Below, in pieces: positions 1 to 10,310 of a DNA stretch of 64,000 nt. Location of the stretch: positions 578,081 through 642,080 of the forward strand of contig JAUJOY010000002.1 of NCBI GenBank assembly GCA_030447385.1, in the 5' to 3' direction. This DNA comes from Mycobacteriales bacterium. GTDB lineage: Bacteria; Actinomycetota; Actinomycetes; Mycobacteriales; SCTD01. Within the stretch, counting starts at the first letter, position 1. Each line of letters begins with the position of its first letter. The position numbers and the translations under genes are program-made. The notes beneath the pieces are model-generated. The model ran no database searches. It was not told the origin of the DNA and saw only the letters and a program-made list of their open reading frames with translations.

Positions 1-1232
1 ACGGAGACGACGCTCTGCTCCGCCCCGCCGTCGAACGTGATGGTCAACCGGCGGGAGTCGGTCTTGCCGGTCGAGTTGGTGACGGTGACCTTGTGCTGCG
101 CCAGGCTCCCGGCCGGCGCCGTGGCTGGGCTGAGCACGCTCACCGTGTAGCCAGGAGCCGGCTCGCCGACGGGTGTGGGGCTGGTGCCCCAGCGGTTGCG
201 GACGGCGGTCCAGACGGCGGGGTCCTCCCCGCCGCCAGAACGCGGCGGCGGCCAGGGCGTGCTTGTCGACCACGGCGAGGCGGGCGGTGACCGACTGCGC
301 GTCGGCGTAGTAGACGGTGTGCGCGCTGCCGCCGCTGGTGTAGCTGAAGGTCGGCTCGGCGGCGGCGCTGTCCCAGGTGCGCGTGGCCCCGAAGCTCGTG
401 AGCCGGCTGGTGACGACGTCGTGGGTGACGCCCTCACCGCGACCGCCGACCCAGTCGTAGCCGTACAGGCTCATCCCGAGCTCGACCTTGGCCGCCGGGA
501 TCTGGGTGACCGCGAAGGCGGCGACGCTGTCGACCCAGCTCAAGGGCGCGATCGGGCCGGCCGGGCTGGTCTCCCACGAGTAGTCGTAGGCCATCAGGCG
601 CACCCGGTCAGCGGCCGCGCCGATGGCTTTGTAGTTCTGGGCCTGCGGGCCGCTCCACGTGCCCGGCTCGGCGGTCTTGGCGTGCACCGCGACGCTGAGC
701 AGCCGGCCCTGGGCGTGCAGGGCTGAGGCGAGCTCGTCGACGAAGGCCGAGAACCGGTCCCGGTCGGCCGCCGCCATGCCCTCGTAGTCCACGTCGATCC
801 CGTCGTAGCCCTTCGCGGCGGCCAGGTCCGTCAGGGCCCGGATGTGGGCCGCCCGGGAGGTCGCGGTCGCCAGCATCGTGCTACGCGTACCGGGTCGAAG
901 TCGTTGGTGATCGTCGGGAGGACCTGCACGCCCTTGCCGCGGATCCCGCTCAGGACGGTCGCGTCCTCCGCCCCCGGGTAACGGCTGATCCCACCAGTGG
1001 TGCTCATCTCGTACCAGAACGGCGACACCGAGGAGTACAGGTCGGCGTTCGCCAGGAACGACTGCAACCCGCGCGCCTGGTCCCAGTAGGGCAGCCACCC
1101 GGTCACCTTGCGCGGGCTCGCCACCGTCTCGGCGGAGGCGGCGGCGGGGGGCCAGCTCAGCACCGAGGCGAGCAGCATCAGAGCCAGCGCCGGCAGACAC
1201 AGGCACCGCGGCCATACGCCGAAGACGGGCAT
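1..1232 (-). pseudogene. Secreted GH18-like glycosyl hydrolase (chitinase/YaaH-type barrel); reading frame broken twice; 3' end beyond window
   Basis: ORF 831-1232 gives a signal peptide plus GWLPYWDQ...SPFWYEM. The continuation with the DGIDVDYE catalytic-type motif (781-804, minus strand) lies in a second frame, switching around 880-900. The FWRRG-EDPAVW barrel end plus an Ig-like tail lies in a third frame, switching at the C-run around 222-231. Confidence 0.65.
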
Positions 1233-1526
1233 GTCCCTTCTGTCGGCACGCGGGGCGGCCGGGTGAAGGGCGTCGACCGGGTAGCGCCCTTACGCGCCCA
1301 GCGAGCCGCCCGGCCTCGTGCAGCGGCACCGCATCGGCCGGGCAACGTGGCGCTCAGTGTGCTTGCTGTCACGTTCCGTCATGTTGAGGCCTGCGGCTCA
1401 AGGGGTGACATCGCGCGGCGTCGGCTACCCCGGTCGCGCCTTCAGAATGCGCTGCTTGCGAAGTTTGCCTGCGCGGAACCGGGCGACGATCTACCGTCGC
1501 GGGAGGTCCGCGGTGAAGGGGACGGC

Positions 1527-2768
1527 ATGGTGCTCGCGCAACGACAGGAGCGGTCAGCAGCCCCCCGAGCCAGTGCCGTGGTCATGGGTGACACCGACCT
1601 GCTGCGGCCACTCGGCATGAGCGGGGTGCGGGCGGCGGTGGTAGCGCCTGCGTCGTCGCCGGCCCATCAATCTCGCTTCGCTGCCGGGCGCATCCCCTGG
1701 TCCGGCGCCTGGGAGGAGTCAGAGGCGCTCGTGGAGGAGCTTCTGCGATTCGCGGAGGACAACTTCGATGAGCCGGTTCCGCTGTTCTACCAGTACGACA
1801 GGCACCTGCTGCTCGTGTCGCGGCACAGGGGACGGCTGGCGGAGCGCTACCGCTTCGTCCTGCCACCTGGGGAACTGGTCGAGGATCTCGTCGACAAGGT
1901 GCGCTTCGAAGCCCTGGCCCGGCGAATGAGTCTGCCTGTCCCGGCGACAACCATCCTGGCCGCCGACCACGACCCGCCAGAACCGGGAAGGCTGAGCTTC
2001 CCGGTGCTGCTCAAGCCGGGGATCCATCTCGGCGACGCCTGGCTGCTGGTGGAACCCGAGGCCAAGGCGGTGCTGGTCCACTCGTGGGAGGAGCTCAGGA
2101 GTCTCTGGCCGCGAGTGCGCGCGTCGGGTGTAGCGATGCTTGCGCAGGAGGTGGTGCCGGGACCCGAGTCGCGCATCGAGAGCTACCACAGCTACGTCGA
2201 TGCGGCCGGTTCGCTTGTTGCGGAGTTCACCGGGAGGAAGATCAGAACTCGGCCGGCCCAGTTCGGCTACACCACAGCTCTGAGCATCACCGAGGCTGAG
2301 GACGTCCGGGTGCTCGGTCGGCAGCTCGTGGCGGCCCTGAACCTGCGGGGGGTGGCAAAGCTGGACTTCAAGCGCACGCCGGACGGATCCCTTCGCCTGC
2401 TCGAGGTCAACCCGCGGTTCAACCTCTGGCACCATCCGGCCGCTGTCGCCGGAGTGAACCTGCCAGCGATGGTCTGGGCAGATCTGACGGGCGGTCCCCG
2501 TCCGCCGTCGTTCCACGCTCGGCCCGGAGTGCGCTGGAGCAATCCATGGCAGGACCAGGCGGCCGCCCGGGAGACCGGGGTAGGTGGCCTGCAGTGGGCC
2601 TGGTGGACGCTGCGCTGCGAGTCCAGGCACGTGGTCTCGCGCGATGACCTTCGGCCTCTCGTCCACGGCATCGGTGTCCGCGGGCGCCGGGCGCTGCTTC
2701 GAGCGTTCGCCCGTCTTCGCCGGCAGGAGAGCCCTGCACCCGCGACCATGACGCTCGGGCAGTCCTGA
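1527..2768 (+). CDS. ATP-grasp domain carboxylate-amine ligase-like protein
   Basis: Lies within ORF 1263-2768. ATG 1527 follows a GGTGAAGGGGA RBS-like stretch. Motif strings FPVLLKP, AQEVVPG, ESYHSYVD and LEVNPRF fit the ATP-grasp fold. High GC3. Confidence 0.65.
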   Translation: MVLAQRQERSAAPRASAVVMGDTDLLRPLGMSGVRAAVVAPASSPAHQSRFAAGRIPWSGAWEESEALVEELLRFAEDNFDEPVPLFYQYDRHLLLVSRHRGRLAERYRFVLPPGELVEDLVDKVRFEALARRMSLPVPATTILAADHDPPEPGRLSFPVLLKPGIHLGDAWLLVEPEAKAVLVHSWEELRSLWPRVRASGVAMLAQEVVPGPESRIESYHSYVDAAGSLVAEFTGRKIRTRPAQFGYTTALSITEAEDVRVLGRQLVAALNLRGVAKLDFKRTPDGSLRLLEVNPRFNLWHHPAAVAGVNLPAMVWADLTGGPRPPSFHARPGVRWSNPWQDQAAARETGVGGLQWAWWTLRCESRHVVSRDDLRPLVHGIGVRGRRALLRAFARLRRQESPAPATMTLGQS

Positions 2769-2777
2769 GAGGCCAGC

Positions 2778-3578
2778 ATGCGCTACGGGCTCATCTCGGA
2801 CGTCCACGCCAACCTCGCTGCGTTGGAGGTGGCGGTGAACGTTCTGGCACGGGAGAGCGTCACCGCGCTCCTGTGTGCCGGTGACATCGTGGGCTACGGC
2901 CCGCAGCCAAACGAGTGCATCGGGCTGCTGGGCGAGGCGCGGGCCACCTGCGTCGCCGGCAACCACGACCTGCTGGCCCTCGGACAGCTCGACGACCGGC
3001 GCAGCGGCACGTTGGCTAAGAGCACATCGGCCTGGACACGCGCCCAGTTGGGATCAGCCGAACGTGACTACCTGGCCGGCCTTCCACTCGTAGCCCACGC
3101 GGCCGGCCTCGTGATGGCGCACGGCTCCACAGACAACCCCGAGAAGTACGTGTGGCCAGGCGCTTCGGCCAACGCGGAGTTGAGGGTGGCCGGCCGGCGG
3201 TGGCCGTCCAGCCACTTCCTGGTTCTCGGTCACACGCATCGCCAGGCCGTCATCGGTCAGACGACCGGGACGCATCGGCTGCGCGGTGACACCACGATCC
3301 TCCTGCCGCCCGCCGAGCGGACCCTGATCAACCCGGGCAGCGTCGGCCAGTCCCGGGAACGGGAGGCGCGTCCACGCGTCCGCTTTGCGCTTCTCGACAC
3401 CGACGGGTGGTGCGTGACCACCTTCAGCCGGGACTACGACGTAGCCGCTACACGCAGCCTGTTGACCGCTCACGGCCTACCCGAGTCGTCACTGCACCTG
3501 CGCCCGACGAACCGGGGTGTTGCCCTCAGGGCGGTACGACGCTCGGCGGTCGCCGTAGCGGGGCGTGGACGTGCCTGA
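2778..3578 (+). CDS. Calcineurin-like metallophosphoesterase
   Basis: Ordered motifs SDVHAN, GDIVGYG, GNHD and GHTH. Confidence 0.8.
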   Translation: MRYGLISDVHANLAALEVAVNVLARESVTALLCAGDIVGYGPQPNECIGLLGEARATCVAGNHDLLALGQLDDRRSGTLAKSTSAWTRAQLGSAERDYLAGLPLVAHAAGLVMAHGSTDNPEKYVWPGASANAELRVAGRRWPSSHFLVLGHTHRQAVIGQTTGTHRLRGDTTILLPPAERTLINPGSVGQSREREARPRVRFALLDTDGWCVTTFSRDYDVAATRSLLTAHGLPESSLHLRPTNRGVALRAVRRSAVAVAGRGRA

Positions 3579-4935
3579 CGCACCGATGCCGCAACGGACA
3601 GGGCTCTACCCACGGCTTCTCAGCCACGCGACGCGGTTGCTCGTCGAGCCGGCGCTGCGAGCTCCATACCTGTCGACCGTCGATTGGCTGCATGCCTTCT
3701 ACGGGCTGTCCCCCGACCAGCGGCAGATATGGCAGCGGGCTCGCCTCGACGAGGTCCTCACCCACGCGAGTTCCGACGTACCGCGCTACCGCTCGTGGGC
3801 CGGTTCAGGCAACAGGCTGGCTCTGGAGAGCTTGCCGGTGGTGAGCAAAGACGTTATCCGGCAGGATATGACGTCCTTCCTCTCCGCGGCTCGGCCGTTG
3901 CCGCCATACGTGGCCAAGTGGACGAGCGGGACGACCGGGGAGTGCTGGAGCTATCCGCTCGACCGGCGCGCGTGGACCCAGACCTACGCCGCCTGGCTGT
4001 TCTTCCTGGGGCTCACCGGCTACCACTACGGTGAGCCGCTGGTGGTGCTGGGTCCGCATGGCACCCGCACCCGTGCCCAGTCTCCTCCACTCGACGTGCT
4101 GCGCGAGAAGGCCGAGCGGCGCCACGTAGTACGGGAGGGGGCCGATCTTGGAACCGCGAACTCAGAGCGGCGCGTGCTTGAGGCATCTCGCCGCGCGTCG
4201 GCGCTCTGGTACGGCTATCCGGGCATCCTGGCGGCGATGGCGCGGGCGGTGGCCGATCGGGAGAGCCGGGGGGCGCCCCTTGCGGTAGGTCGGCCGACGG
4301 CGATCGTCACCAGTGGTGAGATGCTCCACCCTGGGTGGCGGCTGCAGATCGAGCAGGCTTTCGGGGCGCCTGTTTACGATCAGTACGGCTGCAACGACGG
4401 GGGCGTGCTGACGCAGACGTGCTCCGCCGGTCGGTTCCACGTCGCCGAGAACCTCTCCATCGTCGAGGTTCTCCAGGACGGGCAACCATGTGCGCCTGGT
4501 GTGGAGGGGTCGATCACGGTCACGAACCTGCATGCGTTCGTGCTGCCATTCCTGCGGTACGACACGGGCGACCGCGGCAGCCTGGGTGTTGGCACCTGCC
4601 CGTGCGGGCGCCCTGGACAGACACTTCAGGCGGTGCGTGGACGCGCCTGGCCGTCGGTCCTGCTCCCGGACGGAAGGGAAGTCAACTCGCTCGATCTCAG
4701 TCTTGAGCTGATAGACGCACCCCATGTGCGTCGCATCCAGCTCCTGCAGCGCGATACGAACGAACTGCGCGTGCGCCTGGACGTGTCCCCGGGATTCAGT
4801 GCGGCTGAGGAGGAGCGTATCCGCACATTTATCTCCCGGCAGTGCCAGCACGCGCTGCGCGTGACCGTGCTCACCGACGAGGAGATGGAGCTCACGAGAG
4901 GAGGAAAGCACCCCTTCGTCATCCGCCGGGTATGA
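3565..4935 (+). CDS. Phenylacetate-CoA ligase-like adenylate-forming enzyme (CapK / F390-synthetase family)
   Basis: TSGTTGE AMP-binding motif, YGCNDGG, C-terminal GGKHPFV. Alternative start at ATG 3586. Paralogue remnant at 20948-22339. Confidence 0.7.
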   Translation: MDVPDAPMPQRTGLYPRLLSHATRLLVEPALRAPYLSTVDWLHAFYGLSPDQRQIWQRARLDEVLTHASSDVPRYRSWAGSGNRLALESLPVVSKDVIRQDMTSFLSAARPLPPYVAKWTSGTTGECWSYPLDRRAWTQTYAAWLFFLGLTGYHYGEPLVVLGPHGTRTRAQSPPLDVLREKAERRHVVREGADLGTANSERRVLEASRRASALWYGYPGILAAMARAVADRESRGAPLAVGRPTAIVTSGEMLHPGWRLQIEQAFGAPVYDQYGCNDGGVLTQTCSAGRFHVAENLSIVEVLQDGQPCAPGVEGSITVTNLHAFVLPFLRYDTGDRGSLGVGTCPCGRPGQTLQAVRGRAWPSVLLPDGREVNSLDLSLELIDAPHVRRIQLLQRDTNELRVRLDVSPGFSAAEEERIRTFISRQCQHALRVTVLTDEEMELTRGGKHPFVIRRV

Positions 4936-5157
4936 CCGCGCGGCCAGATCTGGGACCAGGCGCTGCGGGCCAGCTCAGGCGCCTGAGCACGCTCTGTGGC
5001 GATTCGGGGGGTTTCCGAGCATGACGCTCACCCTCTGTTCTTGCTGTCGCGCTCCGCTCCCGCCTTTGCGTTACGACCCGAATCCGCATGTATGGTGTGC
5101 CAACCGCCCGCCTGTCCGCAATGAGGTTCCTCTGTGTGCACCCCCCGCCGGCACGTC

Positions 5158-5895
5158 ATGAAGCGCGCCAGTGCGATCTGCGTGGTCATGGCTGTCACCC
5201 TGCTGGCCGGTCTCACGGGAGCAGCCTCATCATCTGCAGAGGCCGGGCGCACCTACGCCGGCCGCCAGTTGACGGTCAACGAGACGATCAAGATCGCCTA
5301 CGACGCAGGCTTCCGCAGCGAGCGTCAGCTCCTGGTCGTCACATCTATTGCGATCGCGGAGTCATCCCTGTACACCCGCGCCCGCAGATGGCACCCCGAG
5401 TACGGGTACCGGCCGGCCGGCACCGAAGTGGGTGTCGAGGGTCCATCCTCGATGTGGAGCGGGGACCGGCAGGTTCATTCTGATCGAGGCATCTTCCAGA
5501 TCAGCTCTCGCTCCTGGCCCGACTACAGCGACGCGATGACGGACGACCCGGCGCGGGCGGCCCGGTTGGTGATGGCGATCTCCAAGGACGGGACCGATTT
5601 CACCCCCTGGGACGCCTACAAGTCCGGGAGTGCTGAGCGCCACTGGGATGCGTCCTACAACGGCTGGCCGGCCCTTCGCCCGCTGGTCCGGAAGTTCCTG
5701 GCGGTCAGCGGTGAGTCCGGGGCGTCCACGGGCGAGGCGACCGGCATGAGACACCCCGTCGCCGCCGGCGAGACGTTGTTCCGGCTCGCCGTCAGGTACT
5801 ACGGCAACGGGGAGCACTGGACCCGCATCGCCGGCCACAACGGCATCCGCGATCCCGGATCCCTCGAAGTCGGGCAGATCATCTACATTCCCTAG
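5158..5895 (+). CDS. Secreted lytic-transglycosylase-like domain protein with C-terminal LysM
   Basis: Signal peptide from MKRASAI. AIAESS and DRGIFQIS resemble the SLT/goose-lysozyme catalytic region. The C-terminal HPVAAGETLFRLAVRYYG...GQIIYIP is a LysM repeat. Confidence 0.7.
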   Translation: MKRASAICVVMAVTLLAGLTGAASSSAEAGRTYAGRQLTVNETIKIAYDAGFRSERQLLVVTSIAIAESSLYTRARRWHPEYGYRPAGTEVGVEGPSSMWSGDRQVHSDRGIFQISSRSWPDYSDAMTDDPARAARLVMAISKDGTDFTPWDAYKSGSAERHWDASYNGWPALRPLVRKFLAVSGESGASTGEATGMRHPVAAGETLFRLAVRYYGNGEHWTRIAGHNGIRDPGSLEVGQIIYIP

Positions 5896-6037
5896 CCGGC
5901 GTGGCGGCACGATGATCGACGAGGTCGTCATCGTCACTCGCGCACGAGCTGCACGCCGGCCCGGTCGAGCAGCGTGGTCGGTTGCTTCCCACCCCGGCGG
6001 GGCCGCGGGAGTTCCGACGGTCGCTCATCTCCCTGTC

Positions 6038-7942
6038 TCACCCCCTGGCGGGGGAGGTCCAGAAGTCGCGGATCCGCGCCGCGAGCCCGGTCCGCGGGGG
6101 CTCGACGCGCACGTTGACGTCCCGGACGGCCCGAAGCTCGTCCTCGACATCGACGCCGCCGACGTTCCACTTGCCGTCGTCATTCGACTCGAGCTCGACA
6201 CCCGGCGCCCCGGCCACCATGATCTTCGTGGTCGCGTCGCGCGCCAGCGGCTGCGGGACCAGCCGGAGGCGGTAGCTGCGCCCGTCGAGGGGGACGCGGT
6301 AGCGCAGCTCCCAGACCACCGACTCGCCACGGTCCAGCTCGGTGACCGCCCGGATCACAGAGGCGCCCAGCTCACGTGACACTCTGGCCGTCTCGGGCTG
6401 GCCGTCGCGCGTCAGGCTCTGCAGCTCGGCGTCCTTGTCGACGTACATGCTGACCAGCTCGCTGACCCGTCCGGGAACCGTGAAGCCGGCGACGTAGGTG
6501 CCGAGCCCCTCCGGTGCGTTGTTGCTCAGCTCCACTCGCTGCGTCACCTCAGCGGTGCCGTCCAGACCGATCACCGCAGTGACCGCGATCCTGCGGCGTA
6601 CGTAGTAGTCGAGCTTGTTGCCCTCCCCGGGGCCACCACCCCCCAGGTGACCCGGCCCACCCAGGTTGTGGGCCGTCACCATCGACAGGTCCATGTCCCG
6701 GGTGTCGACGGCGCCGGCTGCTCCAGCCGCCACCAGGGAAGCCTGCTCGGCGCGGTCCGCGGACCACAGGGTGAGGTGGCGGCCGGAGACCGCCTTCGAC
6801 AGCCGCCGGCTCAACGGCCCCGGATCGGCCTCTCCGCCGAGGATCCTGCGCAGCGCCCCATCAGCGGCCGCTCGCAGCACCCGGCGCCGCTCCTTCCCGG
6901 TGAACTCGAGGCCCTCGTAGCTCGTGACGTACAGCTCCTCCGCCAGCTCGTCCGACGTCAGCTCGGTGCCGTCCGGTAGCTTCACCGACCCCAGCGCGGC
7001 CGCGATCTGTGCCATGGCCCGAACGTCGAGGGAGAGGACGACGTCGATCTCCCGTCCGAGGGAGCGGCTGGCTACGGCCGCAAGGACGGCGTTGGAGGAG
7101 GGGCCGTCCGGCGACATGTTGGCGTTCTTCCACAGCGTGGTGTTCGCAAGGAAGGGGCCGTACTGCTCGGCGAAGTCCGGGTCGGCCGCCACCCGTTCGG
7201 CCGCTTCCGGCGTGTCCGCGACGTCGACGACATCGCGGAAGGGCTCGAGCTTCAGCCTTCCGCGGTCAGCCGTTCCGGTGGTGAAGGTCGAGATCACTCC
7301 GCCTGTGCCGCGCAGCTCAGCGTTGTTCTGCAGGACCACGAGGACCGTCCGGGGTCGGGTCGCGCCCAGCAGGCCGGGGAGGGCTTCGGTCAGGGCTGCC
7401 GCGCGGCGGGCCTGGATCTCGGCACCGAGCAGCTCGTCCTGCGCTTCCTGCACCCGGCGGGCCACGGGCGCGGGCAGCAGCGTCGGGTCGACCGCAGCCA
7501 GTCGCTGCAGCGGCGGCCCCATGGCCAGTGCCGCGGCGTCGAGCACCTGCTGCAGTTCGCGTACAGCCTCCAGATCGAGTCGCCCGTCCTGGAGCAGCTC
7601 CCGCTCCTCGAGCACCCCGGCGGCGGATCGCGCGCTGCTGACCGTGGCGACGACGCTCTCGGTGACGATCCGAGCCGCCCGCGTCGTCCGTCCCAGCACG
7701 GGGACTGCCTGGGAGAGCAGCGGGCCGGGTTGGCGCAGCATCTGCTCGGCATGCTTGGCCAGCTCCTCCGCCTGCGCCAGGGTTGAGGGATCTGCCGCCG
7801 CTTCCTGGGAGGCCGTCAGCAGTGACCGTGCCCGGGTGAGGTCTCGCGCAGCGAGCGCGCCGGCCACTGCGGCCCACACCAGCACCAGAAGCAGAAATGC
7901 CAGAGCGCCGGCCGCGATGCGCGCAGCCAGGCGGGCAGTCAT
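6038..7942 (-). CDS. DUF4012 domain membrane-anchored protein (common in actinobacterial glycan loci)
   Basis: N-terminal TM helix and a long helical region. The LQNNAELRGTGGVIS signature is typical of DUF4012. Confidence 0.7.
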   Translation of the reverse strand: MTARLAARIAAGALAFLLLVLVWAAVAGALAARDLTRARSLLTASQEAAADPSTLAQAEELAKHAEQMLRQPGPLLSQAVPVLGRTTRAARIVTESVVATVSSARSAAGVLEERELLQDGRLDLEAVRELQQVLDAAALAMGPPLQRLAAVDPTLLPAPVARRVQEAQDELLGAEIQARRAAALTEALPGLLGATRPRTVLVVLQNNAELRGTGGVISTFTTGTADRGRLKLEPFRDVVDVADTPEAAERVAADPDFAEQYGPFLANTTLWKNANMSPDGPSSNAVLAAVASRSLGREIDVVLSLDVRAMAQIAAALGSVKLPDGTELTSDELAEELYVTSYEGLEFTGKERRRVLRAAADGALRRILGGEADPGPLSRRLSKAVSGRHLTLWSADRAEQASLVAAGAAGAVDTRDMDLSMVTAHNLGGPGHLGGGGPGEGNKLDYYVRRRIAVTAVIGLDGTAEVTQRVELSNNAPEGLGTYVAGFTVPGRVSELVSMYVDKDAELQSLTRDGQPETARVSRELGASVIRAVTELDRGESVVWELRYRVPLDGRSYRLRLVPQPLARDATTKIMVAGAPGVELESNDDGKWNVGGVDVEDELRAVRDVNVRVEPPRTGLAARIRDFWTSPARG

Positions 7943-8132
7943 GGCTCCACCCTACGGTCTTCGGGCTGCACCGGCCGGTCGGCGCAGTGACGAACAGTGA
8001 CGACGAAGTGTGCCCGTATGTCCGCTTTAGAGAGATAAACCCGTCATCTTGTGCGTTCTCGGCGCCGTACAGGGGAGAATCCAATCCGGTGCGGAGTCGT
8101 TGTGGCTTCTGAACCGGACTGGAGGGGGTGGC

Positions 8133-9161
8133 ATGCGGGTCGGCGTCGTGGGCTGCGGCTATTGGGGATCAAAGCACGTGCGCGTCCTGTCCATGAACCC
8201 CAGGGTCGAGCAGGTCGTGGTCATCGATCCCCGCAGCGAGCGCCGCCAGGACCTGCTGCGCGCCTTCCCCGCTGCGGCGTCGGCCGGCACTCTGGCAGAG
8301 GCACTGCCCAAGGTAGATGCCGTGATCATCGCGACGCCTCCGTCCTCGCACGCCGAGCTCGCGCTGCGGGCTGTGGCGGCCGGCAAGCACGTCCTGGTCG
8401 AGAAGCCGATGACGACGTCGGTCGTCGACGCCCGCCGTCTGATCGATGCCGCTGCAGCTGCAGGCGTCGTCCTCATGGCCGGCCACACCTTCGAGTACAA
8501 CGCCGCCGTCTGGGCGCTGCGTGACGCGGTGCGCAACGGGGACCTGGGCGCGGTCTACTACCTCGACAGCGCGCGGCTGAACCTCGGCCTCTACCAGAGC
8601 AACATCAACGTCGTGTGGGACCTCGCGCCCCACGACATCTCCATCTTCAACCACATCCTCGGTGCCAGGCCCGACTCGGTGTCCGCCTGGGGGGGTTCGC
8701 ACGCCCACCGCTACCTCGAGGACGTCGCCTACGTGCGCCTCGGCTACAAGGAGCTGGACGTGGCGGCGCAGGTGCACGTGAGCTGGTTGGACCCGTGCAA
8801 GGTGCGCCGGGTCACGGTGGTCGGATCACGCCAGATGGCCGTCTACAACGACATGTCGGGTGACGAGAAGCTGCGCATCTACGACAAGGGCGTCTCGTCG
8901 TCCGGGCATGAGCCGCCCGCCACCGGCGAGGCCATGCACGACATCCCGGTGACCTATCGCTACGGCGGCATCTCTTCGCCTTACCTTCCCGTGCAGGAGC
9001 CCCTGGCCGTGCAGGACCACCACTTCACCGACTGCGTCGCCTCCGGCAGCACACCAGACACCGACGGTGCGAACGGGCTCGCTGTGGTGCAGGTGCTCGT
9101 GGCCAGCGACCTCTCGCTGCGCGAGCGACGCTCCGTCTCGCTCGACGAGGTCGAAGGCTGA
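8133..9161 (+). CDS. Gfo/Idh/MocA family NAD-dependent sugar oxidoreductase (WbpB-like role inferred)
   Basis: MRVGVVGCGYWG Rossmann start preceded by GGAGGGGG; EKP motif (VLVEKPM). Confidence 0.8.
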   Translation: MRVGVVGCGYWGSKHVRVLSMNPRVEQVVVIDPRSERRQDLLRAFPAAASAGTLAEALPKVDAVIIATPPSSHAELALRAVAAGKHVLVEKPMTTSVVDARRLIDAAAAAGVVLMAGHTFEYNAAVWALRDAVRNGDLGAVYYLDSARLNLGLYQSNINVVWDLAPHDISIFNHILGARPDSVSAWGGSHAHRYLEDVAYVRLGYKELDVAAQVHVSWLDPCKVRRVTVVGSRQMAVYNDMSGDEKLRIYDKGVSSSGHEPPATGEAMHDIPVTYRYGGISSPYLPVQEPLAVQDHHFTDCVASGSTPDTDGANGLAVVQVLVASDLSLRERRSVSLDEVEG

Positions 9162-9164
9162 GCT

Positions 9165-10310
9165 GTGACAGATCCGCGGTCCGCCGGTGCTCCCATCCCC
9201 TTCCTTGATCTGGCGGCGAGCCATGAGGAGGTGGCCGAGGAGATAGCGCTGGCCTGGCGGCAGATCGTTGCTGCCTCCACGTTCATCGGCGGCGAGCACG
9301 TGGACCGCTTCGAGCAGGAGTGGGCGACCTACTGCCACAGCCGACATGCCGTAGGGGTGGCCAACGGAACCGATGCCCTGCTGCTGGCTCTGCGCGCCCT
9401 GGGGGTCGGTCCCGGTGACGAGGTCATCCTTCCGGCCAACACCTTCGTGGCCACCGCCGAGGCGGTGGTCCTGGCGGGCGCGGTCCCGCACTTCGTGGAC
9501 GTCGACCCCGACACGCTGCTCATGACGGCCGCGCACGTCGAGGCCGGGCTGACGGACCGCACTGCCGCGGTCATCGCTGTCCACCTGTACGGGCAGATGT
9601 GCGACATGGATGCGCTCGGCCGCACCTGCCGGCGTGCCGGCATCGCTCTTGTGGAGGACGCGGCGCAGGCCCACGGGGCCACGTGGCAGGGGCGGCGCGC
9701 CGGCTCGATCGGGGACGTCGGCTGCTTCAGCTTCTACCCGGGGAAGAACCTGGGCGCGCTGGGCGACGCGGGAGCGGTCGTCACCCAGGACGCGGTGCTC
9801 GCTGAGCGGATCAGGTCCCTGGGGGACCACGGCCGCCGGACCGGTGCAAAGCACCTGCACGACGTCGTCGGCACCAACAGCCGGCTTGACGCGGTGCAGG
9901 CGGCGGCGCTGCGGGTCAAGCTGCGTCACCTCGACGGCTGGAACGCCGTCCGGCGGCGCGCCATGCAGTGGTACGACGAGGTGTTGACCGGACTCGACGC
10001 GGAGCTGGTCCGCGTCTCCCCGCACGCCGAGAGCGTGCACCACATCGCCGCGGTGCTCGTCCCGCGGCGCGAGGCAGTTCGGGCCGCGCTCGCTGGCATG
10101 GGGGTCGCCTCCGGGGTGCACTATCCCGTCCCCTGCCACCTCCAGCAGGCATACGCGGCGTACCGCATCGCCCCGTTGCCGGTGTGCGAGCAGGTGGCTG
10201 ATCAGCTGCTGTCCCTGCCCCTCTTCCCCACGATCACGTACGAGCAGGTCGTCCGGGTAGGTCGGGCCCTCGAGGCGGCGCTGGCTTCCGGGGTGCGCCG
10301 TGCCGGCTGA
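9165..10310 (+). CDS. DegT/DnrJ/EryC1/StrS family sugar aminotransferase
   Basis: GVANGTDAL, FSFYPGKNLGALGDAG (PLP-lysine region) and SLPLFP. Starts 4 nt after the upstream stop. Confidence 0.85.
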   Translation: MTDPRSAGAPIPFLDLAASHEEVAEEIALAWRQIVAASTFIGGEHVDRFEQEWATYCHSRHAVGVANGTDALLLALRALGVGPGDEVILPANTFVATAEAVVLAGAVPHFVDVDPDTLLMTAAHVEAGLTDRTAAVIAVHLYGQMCDMDALGRTCRRAGIALVEDAAQAHGATWQGRRAGSIGDVGCFSFYPGKNLGALGDAGAVVTQDAVLAERIRSLGDHGRRTGAKHLHDVVGTNSRLDAVQAAALRVKLRHLDGWNAVRRRAMQWYDEVLTGLDAELVRVSPHAESVHHIAAVLVPRREAVRAALAGMGVASGVHYPVPCHLQQAYAAYRIAPLPVCEQVADQLLSLPLFPTITYEQVVRVGRALEAALASGVRRAG

